A DNA stretch of 64,000 bases from an uncultured virus (IMG/VR IMGVR_UViG_3300046522_000747) (IMGVR_UViG_3300046522_000747), one strand, 5' to 3'. Numbered from the stretch's first letter, positions 41,039 through 49,496 are shown. Program-made: numbers and translations. Notes: generated by a model not told the origin, from the sequence alone.

Positions 41039-41581
41039 CTACTGTGAATTACCGCCATCAGGAGCCGAGAATTTCTTCGACAGACGTTCGAACTCTTCAC
41101 GGTCACGCTGCTCAGTAATCAGTGCCTTTTGAGCATCGTCCTCAAGCTTTTTCAATCTATTTTCCTCCGCTTTGACGGCAGCTTCAGCGGCTAGCCGCTC
41201 ATCAATTGCATTGGACTCCTCTTTGATCATCTCGATAGGAGCCTCACCAACGATATATTTTGTCGGCATCTGAAAGCTCTTGTGGTCGTATTCATTACAG
41301 CCCGTATAACGAGTACCTTGAATAAAGATGGTATTGCCTGAGATCTCAAAGCTCTCGACGCCGTATTTTGTCTCGTTCCTATTGATGTGCTTTTGCCATG
41401 CAGAGAAACTCGCCTCCACTACGCTATCGAAGTGGCTCTTGGCGCTGGCAAACAGGTTGATGGCGTCCATGTCCAAAATACGCTTACCGGTGTGATTGCA
41501 GAGGTCACAACCGACGCTATCCTCATAGCCGTCCACATCCGTCCAGCAGTGTGGGCATGACTCGTACATGTCGTAGCTCAT
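41039..41581 (-). CDS. hypothetical protein with Zn-finger N-terminus, paralog of 41584-42027
   Basis: CPHC/CDLC; shared YxGCxxYxxxxFxxP. Confidence 0.7.
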   Translation of the reverse strand: MSYDMYESCPHCWTDVDGYEDSVGCDLCNHTGKRILDMDAINLFASAKSHFDSVVEASFSAWQKHINRNETKYGVESFEISGNTIFIQGTRYTGCNEYDHKSFQMPTKYIVGEAPIEMIKEESNAIDERLAAEAAVKAEENRLKKLEDDAQKALITEQRDREEFERLSKKFSAPDGGNSQ

Positions 41582-41583
41582 GA

Positions 41584-42027
41584 TTACATCTCCCCTTGTT
41601 TGCCGGAGCGGTAAAGGCTTTCCAGTCGCGCCAGTTGAGCCAAATCCTCTTGAACCTGTAGCTCGGCTTTTTCCTGGGCCTTGCGGGCGTCATCAGCGGC
41701 CTTGGCACGATTGAGGGCATCGCGTTTTGCTTGGCGCTCGGCGACGACTTCATCAATTTTCGCTTCGTAATCCTCGGCGACAACACAATCCAAGGGCACA
41801 TCGAAGGTGAAATATTCGTAGTCACCGCAGCCAATGTATTCACGAGTCTCGAAAGACACTGAATTATAATTGCCTCGGATTTCATCGATGTCGGGCTCGA
41901 AGTTTCGCTCGCACACTTTCCGGTGCCAAGAATCAAACACCATTTTGGCTCGCTCTTCGATCAACTCCCTACCCTGCACATTGGCTTGAATGAAGTCGAT
42001 GTCCAGTTTGAATTCATTGTTACTCAT
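41584..42027 (-). CDS. hypothetical protein
   Basis: AAGGA SD before ATG 42027. Confidence 0.7.
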   Translation of the reverse strand: MSNNEFKLDIDFIQANVQGRELIEERAKMVFDSWHRKVCERNFEPDIDEIRGNYNSVSFETREYIGCGDYEYFTFDVPLDCVVAEDYEAKIDEVVAERQAKRDALNRAKAADDARKAQEKAELQVQEDLAQLARLESLYRSGKQGEM

Positions 42028-42040
42028 GGTCGTATTCCTT

Positions 42041-42668
42041 TTATTGGCCAGTAAGAATTTTGGCGATTTGTTTTCCACGTCGGTCGATGTGCTTCCACTT
42101 CATCTTGAAAGAGGTGGATTCAATACCGCCGAACATTTGGGCATTGCTGTGAATCTCAGAGAGTCCGGTGAGCAAGAGAGAGGCAGCCTCAGTACGCGAG
42201 CAGAACTGCTGGATGCCTTCTCCTGAAAGGAGGTGAATATCCATGTCCATACCCATCAATCGAGCGCTCAGGGGGTTGCCGCCTGCTTGAAGCCAGATCT
42301 GTTCTGAAAGTGCAGCGTGGTTTGGGAAATGAGCCCGACCCTCTTCATCGACTGTTCTACAAAATGGCTTCGAGCAGTCATGAAAAATTTGGTACTCGGC
42401 TAGCGCCTGATCATCAAGCGTCAATGCCCACAGTTCTTTTTGCCCGGCCCATGCCGGAATACGCCAAGGGTGTTTAAGTTGTTCCCCCTCCAGGATGTGT
42501 TGCTTGAGATCCAGATAAAAATCTCGAACGGACTCGCCGTGCTGAAGTACATTCAGGCCGGAGGTTTGTTCGCAAGCCTTCATGGCTTCGATAATGTCTG
42601 CCTGATTCAATGCCTCAGGTGGGGTCGGGGCGCGGTCAAAATTCCGTGCGCAAGAGCTACATAGTCAT
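42041..42668 (-). CDS. HD-domain phosphohydrolase, probably requiring +1 decoding of TAGC at 42659-42656
   Basis: H...HDCSKP...HFPNH HD signature; ATG ACT ATG TAG-C TCT continues in frame for 15 codons into the 189-aa ORF. Confidence 0.75.
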
Positions 42669-43001
42669 GGTGGCGTTCTCTGCTTGTAGTTGAGTGTGTG
42701 TGCTTTTGAGGTAATCGGCGTAGCTGAACTCGGCGGGCAATATGTCTTTTGCCCAGGGTGCGTTTTTCAAGAGTGAATCATCGACGTTCCCTTTGATCTT
42801 GTTCACATCAAGATCGCGATGCAGAGCCTCGGCCAATAGGTCTTTGGCACCAACACCTCGAACGATGTCCCAGCAACGGCTGCTCGATCCAGCAAAGGCG
42901 TTCGCGAAATTCATCGCAGGAAAGCATTCGTTGGCCAAGGTGCTTAGGGCGTCGATGATCTCGGCATCTGAAAGAGAAGATGTTTTGATGGCGTTAGACA
43001 T
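42657..43001 (-). CDS. hypothetical protein; its TAG stop is the TAGC gate of the HD gene
   Basis: AAGGA SD before ATG 43001. Confidence 0.65.
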   Translation of the reverse strand: MSNAIKTSSLSDAEIIDALSTLANECFPAMNFANAFAGSSSRCWDIVRGVGAKDLLAEALHRDLDVNKIKGNVDDSLLKNAPWAKDILPAEFSYADYLKSTHTQLQAENATMTM

Positions 43002-43335
43002 TTTCGTGTTCCTTTTCCAATTGTTCCCAGGTGGCCAAGAAGTAAATATGCCCATTGGAGTGTTCCCATATCATCTCCAGGCCTTCAGCAACTGCGTTGA
43101 TCTCATCAGGCTTAACTCGACTGCCATTGCAGCTGTAAGGTGGCTTGTTCGCGTTGCAGGCGATGGAGAAAGCATCATCTTCAAAGCGGCTGACGAGTCC
43201 ACGCAGTTGTGCTTCATGAGGCGCGCTGAGCGTGTTGTACTCTTTCTCAGCCAAGCGATTTTTTTCGTACATCTGTTCTTTGGCTGTATCGATGGCTTGA
43301 TTGGCATCACCGGCAATCTGTGCGTAGTTCATCAT
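42994..43335 (-). CDS. hypothetical protein, paralog of 43332-43700
   Basis: Shared RF...F.xAC and FLATWE motifs. Confidence 0.7.
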   Translation of the reverse strand: MMNYAQIAGDANQAIDTAKEQMYEKNRLAEKEYNTLSAPHEAQLRGLVSRFEDDAFSIACNANKPPYSCNGSRVKPDEINAVAEGLEMIWEHSNGHIYFLATWEQLEKEHENV

Positions 43336-43700
43336 GCACCCTCTTCGTTGTGTGTATTTGAGCGTTCATCTTCCCAAGCCGCCAACGCTTCCCAGGTTGC
43401 CAAGAACTCATGATCATGGCCGTCGTTTTCAAACCATTTTGCAAGTATCCCTTCCGGTTTCGCTTGAAGAGATGATGGAAACTGCCGTCGTCCATAGCGG
43501 TCGTACGGCACCCAGCTTCCTGCGCAAGCGAGCTGAAATACGGCTGTTGAAAAACGTTCGGTCAATGCTTCCATCATGTCTTCGAGCGGTTGAGCAATGG
43601 CACTGAACTCCCGGCGAGCATCAGCTTCCTTGCGATAACATTCGGTTCTGGCTGCCTTAATGGCCGCTTCTGCGAGTGTGATTTCAGCTGCATAGTCCAT
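43332..43700 (-). CDS. hypothetical protein
   Basis: Paralog of the downstream gene; starts just after the upstream stop. Confidence 0.7.
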   Translation of the reverse strand: MDYAAEITLAEAAIKAARTECYRKEADARREFSAIAQPLEDMMEALTERFSTAVFQLACAGSWVPYDRYGRRQFPSSLQAKPEGILAKWFENDGHDHEFLATWEALAAWEDERSNTHNEEGA

Positions 43701-43701
43701 T

Positions 43702-44028
43702 TCAGGCGCCCTTTTTTTGTGTGTTGTTAACAAACCATTCATGCTGCTCAGCTGGAGACATCTGTTTCCAGCGAGCCCTGAATTCGGCGTTGTGGTGCCA
43801 TTCCCGCATTCGCTTCACGCCCATCTCTGCAACTTTGATCATTTCGTCAGTCAGAACACTTGCCGTCCACTTGTGCATGCCCGTGGCGCAGCCTCCTGAA
43901 CACCAAGCCCAATGCATCGCATCGAGCTGGCGGTTCTTGTTACTGAGATCCAGATGAAGGCGCTGGATTTCCGCTTTAAGGCGGCTGATCTTCCTTTCCT
44001 GCGCCAGTTCTTTTTGAGTTGTCATCAT
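43702..44028 (-). CDS. hypothetical protein
   Basis: GGGAG SD; LDAMHWAWCSGGC. Confidence 0.65.
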   Translation of the reverse strand: MMTTQKELAQERKISRLKAEIQRLHLDLSNKNRQLDAMHWAWCSGGCATGMHKWTASVLTDEMIKVAEMGVKRMREWHHNAEFRARWKQMSPAEQHEWFVNNTQKKGA

Positions 44029-44043
44029 CGTCTCCCGGAGGAA

Positions 44044-44433
44044 TCAGGCGCTCAGCGCCTGCTCCAGAATCGACTTCAGCTCTTGAACATCCGCAAACGA
44101 TGCACCGACTGGGATGAACTTGTTGACCACGCTGTACTGACCTTTGGCGATCTGCTCGCTTTTGGCTTCGGTGATGGACGCCAGATACTGAATGGTTCCC
44201 TCAATGGCTTCTTTCGCGTTTGCACCGTCCACCATGTGGCTGGTCTTACGGAAGTTTGCACCGCGCAGTGCGGCATAGACCGCGTAGTCGTTCAGAAACA
44301 GTACTTGGTTTTTGTTGCCGTATTTCGGGTGTTTGGTTGGTCGGTTTTCTGGGTCTACCAGTCGTGCCTTGACGTGTTGAATCATGGCTTTGCGAGTGGC
44401 TGTGAACGGGGTGAAGGTTTCGATAGTAGTCAT
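44044..44433 (-). CDS. hypothetical protein
   Basis: AGGAG SD before ATG 44433; YAALRG motif. Confidence 0.75.
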   Translation of the reverse strand: MTTIETFTPFTATRKAMIQHVKARLVDPENRPTKHPKYGNKNQVLFLNDYAVYAALRGANFRKTSHMVDGANAKEAIEGTIQYLASITEAKSEQIAKGQYSVVNKFIPVGASFADVQELKSILEQALSA

Positions 44434-44473
44434 GGTGTAGCTCCTGATTTGGGTTTGGTTTTGGTTTTTGGTA

Positions 44474-44981
44474 TTACAAGCAACGAAATTTCTTGGTGAT
44501 TTCACGGCACTGATCTTTCGTGCAGGGGCCTATGCCCAAACCAGTAATGATCGGTTGTCCGTTGAAGTGCGGAGGCATGATGTGGTGTTGATCCACAATC
44601 AGCGCGCAAGGAAGCCCAATTTCGCGAGCTTTAGCGAAAGCTTTGATAAGTTGGGTTTGATTTTTGGCAACGAGCGTAACTTTCGAGCCACCACTAGTTC
44701 TGTCCCGATAGGACGTAGCTGTGGCAGGGTCTAGTTTTTCGGCGTTGGCAAAGGAGTCTCCGTAGCAGTGCCCTGCTTGTGCAGATAGCTTGCCGGGAGG
44801 CATATCCAGATCACCACGAATGATGGCGTACTGGTAGAGATGTTCGCCGTCAGCAACTGGCATGGCCAGCAATTGAGCGAGATCATCAGGGGAGATCGAC
44901 TCAAGGTCGATATTTTGAAGCGGGTCTGTATTTTCTACAGTGCGGTCGGCCCGAGTGGAAGAGCTACAAGAAAGCGTTCAT
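44474..44981 (-). CDS. Pth2-type peptidyl-tRNA hydrolase, probably requiring +1 decoding of TAGC at 44966-44963
   Basis: IIRGDLDMPPGKLSAQAGH, KVTL, ITGLGIGP; GAGGA SD plus ATG AAC GCT TTC TTG TAG-C TCT, in frame with the body after the extra base. Confidence 0.8.
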
Positions 44982-45020
44982 GTGTATTTCCTCGTTAGTT
45001 GATTTTTGTTACTGATTCAT

Positions 45021-45049
45021 ATCTTAGACATGCTTTCAAAACATGTCAA
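45021..45049 (-). promoter_or_regulatory. sigma70 promoter of the pth2 operon with an inverted repeat
   Basis: TTGACA-17-TAAGAT; GACATG-N9-CATGTC overlapping the -35 box and spacer. Confidence 0.7.
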
Positions 45050-45107
45050 TACCAGTTTTAAAATTATCGAAGACTTTTAAGTAAGACGACAACTTTAAAA
45101 CAAAATT

Positions 45108-45184
45108 TGGTGAACGATAGGGGATTCGAACCCCTGACCAACTAGGTTAGCAACTAGTTACTCTACCAACTGAGCTAATCGTCC
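45108..45184 (-). tRNA. atypical tRNA with 8-nt anticodon loop (GCUA; nominally Ser-GCU but with a class I body)
   Basis: GGACGAT TA GCTC AGTTGGTA GAGT A ACTAG TTGCTAAC CTAGT TGGTC AGGGG TTCGAAT CCCCT ATCGTTC A CCA. Confidence 0.92.
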
Positions 45185-45203
45185 ATTTGTTTCTGTTGTG
45201 CCT

Positions 45204-45232
45204 ATCATAGCGATCCTCAGGGCTTGTGTCAA
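45204..45232 (-). promoter_or_regulatory. sigma70 promoter of the atypical tRNA
   Basis: TTGACA-17-TATGAT. Confidence 0.8.
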
Positions 45233-45410
45233 CGTTTATTTTGTATTTGTTTGATATTATCATTGTTCAAGGTGTTTTCTGACTGACAGGTACAGATGAT
45301 GAGATGACGGCGTAAATTTGGTGATCTAAAGGGAAAAATCTCTGTAATGGCAAGGGTGTCCAATCGCAAATCGATTTGAATCGATGAAATTGTTTGCTGG
45401 GATGATCAAT

Positions 45411-45438
45411 AAAAACCCGGCACACAGGCCGGGTTTTT
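45411..45438. terminator. intrinsic terminator
   Basis: AAAAACCCGGC-ACACAG-GCCGGGTTTTT. Confidence 0.85.
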
Positions 45439-45452
45439 GTGTTGTGTAAACC

Positions 45453-46382
45453 TTACGCTGTCTCACCAGCCTTGCTTCGAAGTTGCGACACCAGGAAGCT
45501 GCGGAATCGCTCGTAATCTTTGCGCCACAGTTGGACGTGGATAATGGACAGAACGAGCGGAACGATGAGCGCAAGTCCCAGTGCCTTTCCCTGAGACAGT
45601 ACGCCATACATGTACATGGCCCATGCAAGCGTTGGAAATACGGTCAAATAAAGGAACTGGAGTCGAACATGGCTTCGTTCGTACTCCATATGGTTGGTGG
45701 AGTAACAAGCCTTCATCCTAATCACCTGACGCAGGTAAGTGGAGCCGAACACGAGGATGATCGCGTTCAGGAAAGCGCCCAGCCCAGGGATGCCAGACAC
45801 CACGCCCATGAGGCTGGCTTCGATTTTCCCGACTGCCCTGTCTGAGTAGACTTCATTGGTGGTCATATTCAGCAGGGAGAAAAACGAATGGCCAACGGCC
45901 CCGCCGAAGACAATCTCGTGTCCAGGCTTGGTGTGGTTTTTCAGGTTTACTCCGGTGATTTGTGTGACGCTGCCATCCTTCAGCTGGACGGACAGGGTGT
46001 CGTGATCCGTAGAGTAATGATTGACGTTGATTACATCATTGCCAAAAACGCCTTTGCTGACCGTGCCAACTGACTGATTGTGAGTCACGGTTCTGGAGTC
46101 AACAACGACGCCTCTGACGACATAGTAGTTTTTGAATTCCGGCCACTTCCCTTTGACAAGTGGTTTGAAGAGGGCTGAATACAATCGGACAACGAAGAAG
46201 GCTGCAACAGCGCCAATGGAGAATTCTGGCCCGTAGTTCATGATGAATAGCAATGAGTACATGTCAAAGTATTTGACGCAAAAAAAGAGGGCCAGCAGCG
46301 CCAGGGTCGTCCGCACAAGATATTCTGGCTTGAACTTCATGATGAGTCCAGCAGCTGTGGCTCCAATAAACATAGCGAACAT
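45453..46382 (-). CDS. membrane protein, paralog of 46515-47441
   Basis: Shared GKWPxFKxYY, GIPGLGA, NHMExERxHVRxQFLYL. Confidence 0.8.
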   Translation of the reverse strand: MFAMFIGATAAGLIMKFKPEYLVRTTLALLALFFCVKYFDMYSLLFIMNYGPEFSIGAVAAFFVVRLYSALFKPLVKGKWPEFKNYYVVRGVVVDSRTVTHNQSVGTVSKGVFGNDVINVNHYSTDHDTLSVQLKDGSVTQITGVNLKNHTKPGHEIVFGGAVGHSFFSLLNMTTNEVYSDRAVGKIEASLMGVVSGIPGLGAFLNAIILVFGSTYLRQVIRMKACYSTNHMEYERSHVRLQFLYLTVFPTLAWAMYMYGVLSQGKALGLALIVPLVLSIIHVQLWRKDYERFRSFLVSQLRSKAGETA

Positions 46383-46514
46383 ATTTCTTCCTTTTGAGAG
46401 AATGGCTTTGATCTATTTTAGTTTCAGAATAGAACTTGTAAACACGGGTAAGTTATTTCCGCAGCTGGAATAAGTCTAAGTAGACCCTCAGCATTAACTG
46501 AGGGGCTGCTCTTT

Positions 46515-47441
46515 TTATGCGTCAGGATGGGTCATTGCTGGAGCGTGGGATTTGAAGACGAGCTGCGTGTGAAGAAAATCTTCAAATCTTGCATAATCCT
46601 GTCGCCACACCATGGCATGGGTCACGGAAATGATCATCGGAGCGACCACGGCTGCCGCAATAAACGCAGGGCCTGAAAGAAAAATGGCGGCTATAAATGG
46701 CAGGCAGACCAGATAGAGGAATTGAAATCTAACATGACGCCGCTCGAATTCCATGTGATTTGAGGCATATCGTGCATTCATGCCTGAGCCCAAATACTTT
46801 GATCCAAACACAAAATAGATTGCGCTGATGGCTGCTCCAAGTCCAGGAATGCCTGCAAACACTCCGTATAGGAAAGCAACTGGCTTGCTGACAGGTTTAT
46901 GGCCGTAAAACCGATTCTGATTTTTATTATATAGGGTGAAATGATAGCGCCCGTTTGCGCCACCAAGTGCGACTTCCTGGCCAACAGAAGCCTGATCGTT
47001 CAGCCCTCGACCAGTAATTTTCGTCACCCTGCCATCGCTGTGTTCAATGGAAAGGGTATTGTAATCGGTGGACCGATGATTCAATTCCAGGGTGTCATTC
47101 CCTAGCCATCCCTTGCCGATGTGGGCAGTGACCTGATGATGGGTATGTGTATTTGTATCAACCACTTTGCCGGGAAGGTTGTAGTAATCCTTGAATTTTG
47201 GCCATTTACCGAAGAAAAGTGGCGCAAGAACGACGGAGTAGAGACGTGAAACGAAGTACACAAACACGCCGCCCAACGCGGCATATGGCATTTCGTTGTA
47301 TACAAAGAAAAGCGAATAGATTTCAAAGTAAGTGATGGAGTAATACAGGGCAACGACTGCCAGTGCGGCTTTCAGGAGTAGATGCGGCTTGAATTTGATG
47401 ATGATTGCAGCGATTGCCGCACCGATGAGCATTGCTAGCAT
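46515..47441 (-). CDS. membrane protein, paralog of 45453-46382
   Basis: Same shared motifs. Confidence 0.8.
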   Translation of the reverse strand: MLAMLIGAAIAAIIIKFKPHLLLKAALAVVALYYSITYFEIYSLFFVYNEMPYAALGGVFVYFVSRLYSVVLAPLFFGKWPKFKDYYNLPGKVVDTNTHTHHQVTAHIGKGWLGNDTLELNHRSTDYNTLSIEHSDGRVTKITGRGLNDQASVGQEVALGGANGRYHFTLYNKNQNRFYGHKPVSKPVAFLYGVFAGIPGLGAAISAIYFVFGSKYLGSGMNARYASNHMEFERRHVRFQFLYLVCLPFIAAIFLSGPAFIAAAVVAPMIISVTHAMVWRQDYARFEDFLHTQLVFKSHAPAMTHPDA

Positions 47442-47529
47442 AATGCAACCTTTCTTGGTGGATTTCGTATGAGTTTAGCAATACGTGCGTGAATGTCAAT
47501 ATGATTGAGCGCTGGTTACTGAAATAGCA

Positions 47530-48210
47530 TTGACTGCTGCGATCTTTCTGATATATTATTGCCGAAAAGGAGATGTCATGAACAAACTACTCGCTACTGC
47601 TATTGCTTTTGCTATCCCATTTTCCGCTGCCCAGGCAGCTGTCGGTACGGCTTTCATTGCTGGTCAGCATGAGGCTCGGGCTGAAAAGAAAGATGAGTCT
47701 TTGAGCACTGTGGCTCCAGTTCCGGCTGCTGCGCAAAATGATGCATTCGGTACAGCTCGATTTTCTTATAATATTCGGGTTTACAAAAAAGGATCAGTGT
47801 CTGGAGATATCCTGAACAAGACTTTTCTTGTGCTGGGTCGCAAATCCGTAAAATATGAGGCTGTTGAATCTATCCCTTATATTTCAAAGGCGACTTCTGA
47901 AGATAATCAGCCGCTCGTTTATGAGTACGCTGATTTTGAAGTCAAAACTCGGATAGAAATTACGCCATTGAGATTTGACGGATCTCGCGTCCTTACCAAC
48001 TTTACTATTGAGACGCCTTCTAGTGAGTTGGATCTTAATACACAACGGAGCGGGAATGAGGTTTCTATCGATTTGCCTTCGATTGATACAATTATGAGGC
48101 AGCAGTCGATTTCAATTCCGCTGGATAAGCCATTTAACATCGGTGGCATCATTTCACCAACAGAAGATGACGGTAAGGTTCAGGTAGAGATTACTGTAAA
48201 GAAAATTTGA
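47530..48210 (+). CDS. secreted hypothetical protein (likely start MNKLLA)
   Basis: AAGGAG SD, signal peptide. Confidence 0.7.
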   Translation: MTAAIFLIYYCRKGDVMNKLLATAIAFAIPFSAAQAAVGTAFIAGQHEARAEKKDESLSTVAPVPAAAQNDAFGTARFSYNIRVYKKGSVSGDILNKTFLVLGRKSVKYEAVESIPYISKATSEDNQPLVYEYADFEVKTRIEITPLRFDGSRVLTNFTIETPSSELDLNTQRSGNEVSIDLPSIDTIMRQQSISIPLDKPFNIGGIISPTEDDGKVQVEITVKKI

Positions 48211-48324
48211 AATGATTTTTTATTGAAATCAACCTAAGTGACCAGTATTTGAGGTGCATGGCTATTTTTTAGCCATGCGCTTTTCATTTCGGGGATTAGC
48301 AAAAACTGCTTTTTCAAATGAATA

Positions 48325-48855
48325 TTGTTTCAGGAAGACAAATGCATGAAAATTCAAGAATTAACCGCTAGAAATACAACGAGCGATGTTGTCGAGCCTG
48401 TTAGGTTAGCATTGCAAGAATTAAATATAAGAAGTGTGGAGTTTAGAGATCCCTTCTCAATTATTACTACATTATCGTGTTCCTACGAAAAGTTAAATGG
48501 ACTAAATCATCTTCTGGTGTTCGTAGGAACACAAGGTGCCGAAACTTACTTGCAGATCTACGATTACTATGTAGAACTTCACAATTTCGGCGAATTGTCT
48601 GGATTAATAACTGATAAATTTGTTGGATTTGATAAGTATGTCGAAAGTGTATTAAGTGCTGATCAAACCAGACTTTGTAAATCAAGCTCCATCTCACATT
48701 TCGTGTCTAACGGATTTAGATTCTCAGATAATAAGTTTGAACACGTCTTCTTGGTTTATATCGAGGAACTTGGTGTCTTTAAGTTTGAGAGTAATGAGCT
48801 TCAGGAATTTAAGGAGTTCATTGATAAGAATATGTCTTATCTAATGGATGATTGA
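48325..48855 (+). CDS. hypothetical protein (AT-rich)
   Basis: ORF only. Confidence 0.6.
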   Translation: MFQEDKCMKIQELTARNTTSDVVEPVRLALQELNIRSVEFRDPFSIITTLSCSYEKLNGLNHLLVFVGTQGAETYLQIYDYYVELHNFGELSGLITDKFVGFDKYVESVLSADQTRLCKSSSISHFVSNGFRFSDNKFEHVFLVYIEELGVFKFESNELQEFKEFIDKNMSYLMDD

Positions 48856-48938
48856 AAAGCTGCTGTTAAACTCTCAACTACTTGAAATGCTGAAGCGCAC
48901 AACAAGGAAATTGCTGTGCGCTTCGGATTTCGGTATTT

Positions 48939-49319
48939 TTATTCTTTCGGTTGGTTAATGCGCATGGCATGTGATGGCTTTGTCATCCCTCTCCAGCGGA
49001 TGTCATACACCCAGCCGTCGCTGTCACGCTCAGGATCATCGAGATCGCTTGACCAGTAGCCACAGACAGCTTGGCTGCCGCACCAGAGGATGACTTCTTC
49101 ATCCGGCATGACGAGAAAAGACTGGAATGGCGTCCAGCCAGGGTCTTTGTCTGGGCTTTGGATGTGACAAAAATGCGTCACTTCCAGATCGCCACTCGGC
49201 ACAAAATCAAAATCCCATCCCGTACCAATACTGTACTCCGCAAAAATGGGGTGATTGGTCCAGGCCAGCACGCGCTTGAATTGTTTTGGCAGTGCTTCTG
49301 TAACGCTGATCCATTCCAT
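48939..49319 (-). CDS. DUF551-like protein
   Basis: MEWISVTEALP...VTHF signature. Confidence 0.6.
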   Translation of the reverse strand: MEWISVTEALPKQFKRVLAWTNHPIFAEYSIGTGWDFDFVPSGDLEVTHFCHIQSPDKDPGWTPFQSFLVMPDEEVILWCGSQAVCGYWSSDLDDPERDSDGWVYDIRWRGMTKPSHAMRINQPKE

Positions 49320-49496
49320 GATTGACACCGATTGGTTATTTCGATTATTATTGTCCATGAAGGTGTGGCTGTCAAGCGGAATGTAAATGTCTCTGACAAA
49401 TGGTTGTTTTCGTTGATGGCTGCTTATGTTGTAACAAATATCAACCCAACCGCCCTATTGGGCAAAATCATAGACATATACTGGAATTCCTAACAC

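Noticed and set aside
44963..44972. prfB-type slippery +1 frameshift
   Set aside because: P-site codons UUG and AUG cannot re-pair on UGU and there is no internal SD at the prfB spacing. Kept only as a minor alternative.
45108..45184. Ordinary tRNA-Ser(GCU) or pseudo-tRNA
   Set aside because: No long variable arm and an 8-nt loop argue against normal Ser; intact arms, CCA and a strong promoter argue against a pseudogene.
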